Of a stretch of 64,000 bases of DNA, positions 35,901 to 45,200 are shown piece by piece. Numbering within the stretch: position 1 is the stretch's first letter; each line of letters begins with the position of its first letter. Under the pieces are notes generated by a model. The model searched no databases, was not told the DNA's origin, and saw nothing but the letters and a program-made list of their open reading frames with translations. The DNA comes from Azolla caroliniana (lineage: Eukaryota > Plantae > Polypodiophyta): contig JBHGNT010000010.1 of assembly GCA_043228905.1 (NCBI GenBank), positions 14,508,001-14,572,000 on the forward strand, read 5' to 3'. The translations under genes were made by a program, and so were the position numbers.

Positions 35901-37882
35901 TCCGGACCCTCTCCATTATGGTCCGGTTCATCCTCTCGGCCAGCCCGTTTAGTTCCGGTGTCTTCAGCACGGTAAATTCAAGCCCGATTCCCTTCAAGCG
36001 ATAGTACTCCTCAAACTGCCCCCGGTATTCACCTCCGTTATCTGCTCGAACCGCCTTCAGCTTCCGAACGGTTTCTCTTTCCACTCTCGCGTGGAGCTTT
36101 TTGAAGACAGATAGCACCTAATCCTTCGTCTTCAACGGTGTGGCCCACAGCTTCTGGTTGTGGTCATCTATGAACGTCACGAAGTACTGTGATCCGGCAT
36201 GTGACTTCGTATCCACTTGACACACATCAGTATGCACCAACTCCAGTGGTGCATTACGTCTCATCGGTGGCCTTGGTCGGAAGGAGGTCCGGTTTTGCTT
36301 ACCGGCCAGACAATCAGTGCACTTCTCCAAGTGCACGATCTTCACGGGAATGAGGTTGTCTTCTGCAAGCCTCTTCATCCCCTTCTCACTCATGTGAAAC
36401 ATTAACTGGTGCCACAACTCACCGGCAGTGTCGGATGTCATGTTCACTTCTTCCGCGAATAACCGCGCATTCATCAGGTACAACGTGTTGACCTTCCGGG
36501 CCTGAGCCACAATCAGGCTCCCTTTGCTGAACTTCATAACACCGTTCCGGATGCTACCCATGTAGCCTTCATCATCTAGCCGACGGGCTGATATTAGGTT
36601 CAGACTAACCTACGGAACGTGTCGGACATCGTTCAGCAGCATCTTCCATCCGGTTGGTGTTGTCAACCACACATCTCCTATGCCGACAATTCGGCATGTA
36701 CCTTCATTCCCCATCCAGACACAACCGTGATCACCGGCTGAGTAGGATGAGAAGCATTTCCGGTCCGGGGTAAGGTGGAACGACGCTCCGGAGTCGACCA
36801 CCCAGGTCCTCTCGTCGCCGGCAAGGTTTATCTCACTCTCCTTGGTGATGAGCATCAACTCTTCTTCACTTGCTGCAATTGCCATCATTCCCTTCCGGTC
36901 CGTTCCCCTCCGGTCTTTACCGTTCTGGTCCGGTGTCCGCTTCGAATCGGTACCGTTGGTTTCCTTGTCTTTACGGAAATGTTGACAGTTCTTCTGGAAG
37001 TGTCCCGGCTTGCCGCAATAGAAGCAAGTAGGCCTCCCCCTTGACTTTGACAGTGTCTCCGACTTTTCCCGGTTCTGGGGACTACGGTTTCTATGTCTTC
37101 CGCGTTCCGATTCGGTAAGGAGCGCTTTGGAGTCGGAGCTCGTATCCTTATCTTTCCGATGCGCCTCCTCATCTAGCAAGCTCAACTTCACTCTTGCTAG
37201 GGATAACCGTTTCCCTTCCGGCCTGGCATTGCCCAAAGTGACAACCAACGTCTCCCAGCTATCTGGGAGGGAACTGAGCAGGAGTAGCGCTAGTACATCA
37301 TCGGCGAGAGGTACTTCCAATGATGTTGCCTGGTGTATCAGCCCCTGGAAGGCATTCATGTGCTCCGCCATGCTGGAGCCATCTTGGTATCGGAGTCTTA
37401 CTAGCTTCCGGAATACCGAAACCTGGTTAACAACATTTTTGTTTTGAAACATAATGCCGATCTTCTCCCAGAGTCATGATCCTTGCTCTCTTCATTGAAG
37501 TTGTCTTCATGTCGATGAAGCACCGTATGTAAGCCGTTGTCTTCATGTGCATCACCTCCCATATCGTGGCGTTGATTTTGTCCGGTCTCTTGTCCCCAAA
37601 CTGAACCGGCAACCAAAGATCTTTAACCACGAGCATGTCCCTCATCTTCGACTTCCACACCGAATAGTTGCAGCCTTTGAGCTTCAACATGCCTCCCAAC
37701 GAATCATCCATTTTCTGTGTCGTTTTGCTCTGATACCAGTTTGATAGGAACTACACGCTCCCGATGAACAACGTTCGGCCACAACCGAGCCTAGAATAAA
37801 ACACAACACAATAGAGAGAAGAGTACACAGGATGTTTACGTGGAAAACCCAAACTCGGGAAAAACCACGGCAGCCCACAGAC
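32934..37882 (-). mobile_element. Copia family B: 3' LTR 32934-33665, PPT 33666-33680, gag-pol 33676-37711, PBS 37727-37738, truncated 5' LTR 37742-37882
   Basis: Both LTRs start TGA(C/T)AGGAACTACACG on +; GCTCTGATACCA is the reverse complement of the iMet PBS; domains mirror 28856-32933. Confidence 0.95.
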
Positions 37883-38217
37883 AACACGTTCGCGTTCACA
37901 AGTGGAAGGATTGCGCATTCCACTTGTAGAATCTTCTTAAAACGAAGAAAATACACCCTCTCTACAATAATTGGATGCACTAGTATCACATGTTCCTCAA
38001 CTTGATAAGAATTTGCAAATATAAAAATACATGATAGATCTACGAGTGGAGATCATTAGAAATCATGCAAGTTTAGACATGTTGATAAGTTAATGTAGGC
38101 ATAATAAAGTTCAACTATGGCTCAATATGGCACTATTGTGCGACAAGGGAAACACTAACTTAAAGACTTATATTAATTAGGAACACGTTCGCGTTCACAA
38201 GTGGAAGGATCGCGCAT
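37883..38217. repeat. 36-bp direct repeat pair (37883-37918, 38182-38217) with hairpin at first copy; probable transposon end
   Basis: AACACGTTCGCGTTCACAAGTGGAAGGAT(T/C)GCGCAT, 35/36 identical; ACAAGTGGAA (37898-37907) pairs with TTCCACTTGT (37918-37927); begins where the Copia LTR is cut. Confidence 0.85.
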
Positions 38218-38540
38218 AAATGGAAGGATAAGGGAAATTTTAGGGGTTTTTCAATGATTTTACAAAACACATTGATACCAGTATCATACAAGTTCAAACA
38301 TACTATGAAAAAGGTTAAAAATCCACTATTTTCGTGATTTAGAAGTAACTAAAAAAAGACGAATTTCAAAAACATACATTCTCAATTTATATCACAAACT
38401 TTACAACCAATGTTATTTTATAAGAAACGATTTTTGGGAAATCATAAGAATTCAAAACACATGATTTTATATTACTCGATTTGTTACAAGCGGAATGTAG
38501 TTACACTTAATAGCCAAATATACATTCATGATAGAGTCCT

Positions 38541-41321
38541 TTACGGAGAATCACTACTATAACTAATATACAATGACGATTCCTCCTCATCATCCTCGGA
38601 TGTACCAATCAGTGCATTATCTTCGTCATAAACCAAATGGTTTGACTCTAGATTATATGTAGCAGATCTCGTTTGCCTTTGACTCGAGCCACCTTGTAGA
38701 CCTGGTAATTTTTCTTTTATTATATCTATTGTTGACTTCCTTAATCGTCTGGCTTTTGTAAGTGTGAAGTCGTACACGATGATATCCACATCAGAGATAT
38801 CAAGGGTCGAGGTGTTACGAATGTTTCGCTTCCTCTTCCTACCTCCCCTTCTTGTTTGGCATTCAATCATCTCCAATGTATACTTACCTGTAAAAGCATT
38901 TGCACTTCTAGTGTTGTACCAATGAACATTTATAGACTTGATCGTGTTTTCTATTTCATGCATTAGCACTTCTAGAATTTTACCAACCCAAAATTGGTGG
39001 CCATGTGAGGTCTCATCAGCCGGCGTTGCAATCAACATCCCCGCGGTGAGGTCTTGCAAATTTCCTTGCCATCTAGCTTCGGCTGCTTTGGTCATCCTTG
39101 GTCCCACATAAATGTCTCTTTGTTGTGGATGGACCAAGCTGTCATTAATCGCATTTACTAGTCGCTCCGGACTTCTATTTACGCGATCATGTTGCAGCGA
39201 CCATGTGAATGGCGTTTCCAAATTCCAATTATCAACAGATACACAATTGTCTATAATTTCATTCTGATCACTATAAAATACATCCCACCATGACGTGTCT
39301 TGTTGTGCGGCATATTTCTTGGCGGCCTCAATATGCTTTCTTTTTTCTTCTAAGGCTTGGAGCCATGACCGTTTTTGTTCTGATACCAAGTCGCTCTGCA
39401 ACTGTCCTTTCTTCTCAATTGGCATTTGCTTAGCTCCATGGACAATTGTACTCGGCATACAAAGTAATAACTGGCAACCACCTTCAGGTTCCCATGTTGT
39501 AGAAGATGAATATTGTTTAGCATACAAAAGTGTAGAACCACTTATTCCATTTTTCTTTATCAAAAAAATGTGATTGAAACTTATATTGTTTAACTGAGCA
39601 AGCACTTTAACATTCCCACCACCCCCATCTAATATATATCTCTTAAAGTCATATACCTCCTTCAAGTGTAACACTTTTGGGCGTGGTGTATATGCATCAC
39701 AAATGACATCAAATAGTTTAGGTAAAGTGAAAGCATCATGCCGAGACAACTGTCTGGAGAATGTGCTAAACATCTGATCTATATGGTCATGTGTGTGGCC
39801 AACCAAAAGGAAATTGACTTTCACTTTCCTAAACAATTCTAGGTTGACCAACATACTTAGATAGCCAAATACAGTTGAATTTTTGTTCTCTCTAGCAGTA
39901 TTGTCCAATTGAATGTATAGAACAGGGGGGAAAGGTTGTCCCCAAGACATCAAAACTCGGTGAATCACTGTAACTGTTAGGTTAGGGTCATTGTGAACAT
40001 TGGGGTAAGTAATGAAGACGTGAGGTCGAACAGACCTATTATAAGCCAAGCATCCCACCAAGTGCATTTGAACAAGGCACTCATCATTGACATCTTTGGG
40101 GAGCCTCCGCATATGCGGCAAGCATGTCTTCTTCTGGTCCATGCCATCTATCATTAAGCACATGTATTGTTCAGGCCTCTTCAAACACTTCTCTCTATGA
40201 TGCATCGCCTTCCTTCGTTCTAAGGATTGTGCCTCACGGTGCTCTTGTAGTAACTTCTTACTCGTATCCTTTTCCATTGATGTCTTTGCACCTTTAGCCA
40301 AACTTTTAAGATTTGCACAAATGGAGCAATACCCCATACGTACTTTACGAGGAATAATAACATTTGAAAACCGAGCTCTCCATAATCTTGTGAATTGGCT
40401 ATAGGTGATAGACTTATTACGTGAGCCCAGCATTTCAGATCGATAGACATCATAAACTTCCCGACGGGTATAATTATCAGAAAGATGCATCCTACCTGTA
40501 GTGGGCATTACTTCACAATTTAACTGAAAGTAAGTTTTCATCCAGCCAATAGCTAGTCTTCCAATTGCACCTTTCATACTTGGAACCTCTTTACAATTGA
40601 GCATCTGATCCCCGCTAAGTAGACGTTGTTGTACTCTATGTAGCCGCATGTTACTAACACATAACGCAATTTTGAATGCAACTCTACATATCTGTTGCGC
40701 ATGGAAGATATAATACTCGAATGATACTTTGATCCCCGTACATTTGTCAGATACTAGTTGCATATGTGATCCGAGGTAAGTGTCTTGCTCATCACCGGTC
40801 ATCGAAAAATAGTATCGCCTTAATTCTCGCAACTTTGATTTTCCAATCATAGACATACAACCACGGGCACAACATATTTTGTTGACATCAAATCCAATCT
40901 GTTTATCTGATGTCACCAAGCTAAATCTAGCCAGACGAATTCTTCGTGGGATTCTTCTAATATGCATAGGGCTCCCAGATTTCTCTTCCTGCATAGAGGT
41001 TGGTGTAACCTTGTTACAGTCTAATTCTCTGTTCTGACCATCGCCAATGTTATTCAATGTTTCCTGGGCACTTCCTTCATTCTCGGTATCTTTATTAATA
41101 TCGTATTCTTCAATAGAGAACTCTTCACATGTGTCATTATTTACATTCCCTGTAGATGAGCTCAGACAATATTCTTCGATAGAATATGGTGAGTCGGTCG
41201 AAAGACAATATTCTTCAATCGAATATGGTGACTCTGTTGACAAACAATACTCTTCAGTAGAAAACGATGGGTCTGATGACAAACAATATTCTTCAATCGA
41301 GAACGGTGAATCTTCACTCAT
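38541..41321 (-). CDS. Intact 926-aa putative DDD transposase (Sola1-like / DUF7869-type) with N-terminal peptide repeats
   Basis: Uninterrupted ORF; Cys/His clusters CCARGC, CSIC...H; core motifs LMIDGMDQ, LYIQLDNTARENKN, FLLVGHTHDHIDQMFS; C-terminal FWVGKI...VHWY beta-barrel-like domain; superfamily call from motif recall. Confidence 0.75.
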   Translation of the reverse strand: MSEDSPFSIEEYCLSSDPSFSTEEYCLSTESPYSIEEYCLSTDSPYSIEEYCLSSSTGNVNNDTCEEFSIEEYDINKDTENEGSAQETLNNIGDGQNRELDCNKVTPTSMQEEKSGSPMHIRRIPRRIRLARFSLVTSDKQIGFDVNKICCARGCMSMIGKSKLRELRRYYFSMTGDEQDTYLGSHMQLVSDKCTGIKVSFEYYIFHAQQICRVAFKIALCVSNMRLHRVQQRLLSGDQMLNCKEVPSMKGAIGRLAIGWMKTYFQLNCEVMPTTGRMHLSDNYTRREVYDVYRSEMLGSRNKSITYSQFTRLWRARFSNVIIPRKVRMGYCSICANLKSLAKGAKTSMEKDTSKKLLQEHREAQSLERRKAMHHREKCLKRPEQYMCLMIDGMDQKKTCLPHMRRLPKDVNDECLVQMHLVGCLAYNRSVRPHVFITYPNVHNDPNLTVTVIHRVLMSWGQPFPPVLYIQLDNTARENKNSTVFGYLSMLVNLELFRKVKVNFLLVGHTHDHIDQMFSTFSRQLSRHDAFTLPKLFDVICDAYTPRPKVLHLKEVYDFKRYILDGGGGNVKVLAQLNNISFNHIFLIKKNGISGSTLLYAKQYSSSTTWEPEGGCQLLLCMPSTIVHGAKQMPIEKKGQLQSDLVSEQKRSWLQALEEKRKHIEAAKKYAAQQDTSWWDVFYSDQNEIIDNCVSVDNWNLETPFTWSLQHDRVNRSPERLVNAINDSLVHPQQRDIYVGPRMTKAAEARWQGNLQDLTAGMLIATPADETSHGHQFWVGKILEVLMHEIENTIKSINVHWYNTRSANAFTGKYTLEMIECQTRRGGRKRKRNIRNTSTLDISDVDIIVYDFTLTKARRLRKSTIDIIKEKLPGLQGGSSQRQTRSATYNLESNHLVYDEDNALIGTSEDDEEESSLYISYSSDSP
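41161..41316 (-). repeat. 39-bp coding tandem repeat x4 (13-aa DSP[FY]SIEEYCLS[ST])
   Basis: Visible in protein and DNA; fifth partial copy EEFSIEEYDI further in. Confidence 0.9.
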
Positions 41322-41489
41322 GGCTTAAGGTCTAGATAGGGCTCTCTAAGTTATACTCCTCTCTAACCATATACTCCTCCCTAAACATAAACTTCTCTCT
41401 AAACAAAAGCCAAATCAATAGAATGTCTATATTATGTAATATTCTATTAATACAATACATCTAAAAATTATTTTTAATAAAGTAATTTA

Positions 41490-42000
41490 ACTTAAATTAT
41501 CAATCATTATATAAACTAGATCTAAATGATGTTAAATCAAGTAAAATATAAAACTAATCATTAACAAGCCTTGAATATGTTGGATTAATGTTAAAATCAT
41601 TGGCTAATTAATGACACCCATTTTGATATAGAACGCCTCACTCATTGGTTCTTTAATGCTCTCCATTTTAAATATTAGACTTATCAATCATTGGTTAATT
41701 CATGCCCACATCTTTAATACATAACATTTGAGAGTCATAAAAATTGTTGCTTTTAGTAATCAATCATTGGTACATTCATGAACCTCTATCATTGTCTCCT
41801 TCATAACCTTTGAAGTGATTGTAGGTTGTTATGAGTATAAAAGATTGATCAATATGTTAGTTTGACTTTGTAATCATTAATACAATCATAAGTTACTATA
41901 GTTAATGTGACTATGGTTACAAACTAACTATCCTCAAAGTTACCAACATTGGTTAAGGTGACTATGGTTACTTTAACCATGGGTTCAATCCCTATAAATA
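41490..42000. promoter_or_regulatory. Putative bidirectional promoter with repeated AATCATTGG motifs and TATA box 41993-42000
   Basis: About 8 (A)ATCATT(GG)-like motifs; GTGACTATGGTTAC x2; TATAAATA on +. Confidence 0.5.
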
Positions 42001-42143
42001 GGAAGACCTCATCATATTTCACTCACCAGAGCGTACAGAGCGTACAGAGCACACAGAACGCAGAGAGCACACAAAGCACACAAAGCACTCAGAGCACAAA
42101 GCACGAAAGCGCGATCTCCGCCTCCACTTCAACACGATCAACC

Positions 42144-42178
42144 ATGTCTTCCAAGAGAATCGAGCACGAGGACTGCAG
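42144..42178 (+). CDS. Putative first coding exon (MSSKRIEHEDC...) of a gene divergent from the transposase
   Basis: TATA box upstream, 9-bp CAGAGCACA leader repeats 42027-42110, ACCATG context, AG|GTAGGC donor; remainder lost in gap. Confidence 0.4.
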
Positions 42179-42199
42179 GTAGGCCTCTAACACTGTGGA

Positions 42200-42299
42200 N
42201 NNNNNNNNNNNNNNNNNNNNNNNNNNNNNNNNNNNNNNNNNNNNNNNNNNNNNNNNNNNNNNNNNNNNNNNNNNNNNNNNNNNNNNNNNNNNNNNNNNN
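42200..42299. other. Assembly gap (100 N)
   Basis: Run of N; contiguity across it is unproven. Confidence 1.
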
Positions 42300-45200
42300 A
42301 ATCGACCTTCTAATCGTCATATCTCCCTCATCCGATATCCAAATTAAGCGATTTAAAAATCTATAGAAAGCTCTTTTTACAAGCTTTCTAATCCATATTT
42401 AAACGTGATATTTGGATAAACAACGAGGGAGTTAGGACCATTCTATTTTTACTGTTTTTTATAGTCTGCGTTTTCTCTTTTTACTTTTCTCTTGATCTCG
42501 TACTTTTACTTTTGACTTCTTCCCTAATGTCTTAGTTCGTGTTCTTATCCTCAAAAGGTGAATTATCTATACTTTATATTCTCCTAATGTTCAATGGCTT
42601 AGATTCTAAAACACTTTCACATTTAGCCCTCCCCCTTGTTAGAGGCTAAGCCATTTATGGCGAAGCACTTATTGGCAGTACTTAACAAACAAAAGCTCTC
42701 TCGCCAATCTCTTGGCTATAGACAATGAGAGAGATATAATAAAAAGAAAATAAAAAGATGTGAGTAAAACCCCCGCTAATCGGTAGGAAAAACCTCACAT
42801 TCTCTACAAATAAAAAAGATAATCACTATTACCATCTTCCTTTTTGTTAATAGAGAGAAAGATGGGTCTACAATATGGACTATTAAGAAAATAATGTATG
42901 GGGAAACAAGTCCACTTCTTGCTCCCATCCATCCGTATCAACAATATCATTAGTAACTTGGGGAATATAAGTAGGTCCCCGAGTTACATACTTTTTAAGG
43001 CGCCATCCGTTCACTCGATAAGAATGAAGTGCTCCATCCACATCTTTCAATTGGTAACTTCCGTTGTCATACTTTTTGTGAACCACAAAGGCGTCCTTCC
43101 CACTTATTATCAAGCTTTTGTCCTTGAATATAATCATATCTATTATCATACCTAAGAACCAATGATCCTTCTTCAATGTGGTTGCCCTTGTGTTTTTTGT
43201 CATATGCCTCCTTTCTCTTCATTGCTTGATTTAAGTAATGCTCCACAGCTTCTTCTCTTGAATATTGTAGTAGATGGTTGCTCGCTAAACGACTCATCAC
43301 ATCATTTCCTTTTGAGCGATGCGATGCCTCCATTAGTCTATTACTTTTGATCTCAAGTTCGATCGGAAGTAACGCTTCTTTTCCATAAACCAAATAAAAA
43401 GGAGGTAAAACCTGTGGAGGATTTATAAGAAACTCTATAAGCCCAAAGGGTATCATCCAAATACCTATCCCATGTTCTTACTCTGTCTTGCACTAACTTT
43501 GTCAAATTCTTCACTATAAGCCCATTCACTTTCTCAACTGCACCATTTGCTTGAGGATAATAAGGCGTTGAATATCGATGCTTAATCTTCAACTTGCTTA
43601 ATAGACAAGCTAACATTTCACTCCTAAAACCGGGTCCATGATCGGATACAATCTCCATGGGAACTCCAAATCTAGTACAAATATTCTTATACACAAATTG
43701 GGCTACATCTTTGGCTTTAATCGAGGAAGTTGCTATAGCTTCCACCCACTTTGTCATGTAGTCAATGGCCACCAAAATAAACTCTTTACCATGTTGAGTT
43801 TTCGGAAGAGGTCCTACTGCATCAATTCCCCATTTCTCGAATGGAGCAAACACCACAATGGGTTGTAAAGGTCCACTTTGTAGATGTCTTATTCCCGCTT
43901 TTTGACATGCATCACAAGATCTACACCAATCATGCACATCCCTATGGATAGTAGGCCATGTAAAACCAATTAGTAAAATCTTTCTTATCATTATATCATG
44001 GGCTAAATGCCCACCACAAACTTCTTCATGCAACTTAAAGAGTATCTTTATAATCTCGCTTTTGTTAGGAACTCTTCGTAAAACTCCATCTTTCCCTTTG
44101 TTGTACAAATCTTCACCCACCAAATGATATTGTGAAGCCTTTGCCACCAAACGCTTTCTTTGCAAAGCATTGAGGTTATTGGAAACTCTCCTTTATTAAG
44201 AAAATTATGTACTTCCTCTAGGGAGTCTACATCTTTGCACGTCTCCAAAACACCAACGAAACCTTCCTTGATCTTATCTAATTGGGCTTGAGCTAATGCA
44301 TCCGCTTCTTTATTGTATAATCTCCCCACATGCTTAACCTGTATCTTTTTAAAAGACCTTAGTAGACTCATTGCTTCTTTATAAAAATTTCTAAGCCCAT
44401 CACTTTGACATTTCCAATTGCCTTGAATTTGTTTAATTACCAATAAGGAATCACCCTTAAGAATTAATCTTTTTATCTTCATAGCTTTACATAGACGAAG
44501 ACCATAACACAAGGTAGCATACTCCGCTTCATTATTTGAATTCACACCACTTAATGTAATACCTTCACTTTTTACTCTGTCTCCTTGAGGATCCTTGAGA
44601 ATAATCCCACCCACGGCTATGTTTGTGGCTTTGCGAAATGCTCCATCAAAGAATAAGGTGAATGCATCCTCCATATCCGGCTCGGGAAGTGCCTTTCGTA
44701 GCTTTACCAAGTCTTCTTCATGAAAGGTTTCTCTAAAGGTGAGAAGATCCGCCAATTCGGCACGCATAGTTGATTCCAATTTGACTTCAAAATCAAACTC
44801 CGCCAATAGTAGAGCCCATTTAGCAATTCGTGCTGAAATGCTCACATGTTGGAGTACATATGGGAGTAATGACATGCTAGTGATTATTACAAAATGATGA
44901 GGTAGTAGAAAGCTTCTAAACTTTTTACAAGCATATATAAGAGCTAACATCCACTTTTCTACTTCTAAGAATTCTTTCTCTACATCAGACATGGCTTTAC
45001 TAATAAAATATATAGGATGCATAAGCCTATTTTCAGAATCTTGTTGCATAAGAATGGCTCCTATAGCATGAGATCCAACACTAAGAGAAAGAAAGAAGGT
45101 AGATGTTCTATCAGGTGGCTTTAGAATAGGAGCATTACATAATAGTTCTTTTATTCTTACATATTGCTCTTCAGTTGTAGATGTCCACAAGAAGTTGTTG

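Noticed and set aside
42109-42136. GCGCGATC...TCCACTT as the inverted partner (TIR) of the 36-mer; also GCGAACTTGTT near 51216
   Set aside because: Short gapped matches; the first lies in a putative 5' UTR and the second inside LINE coding sequence
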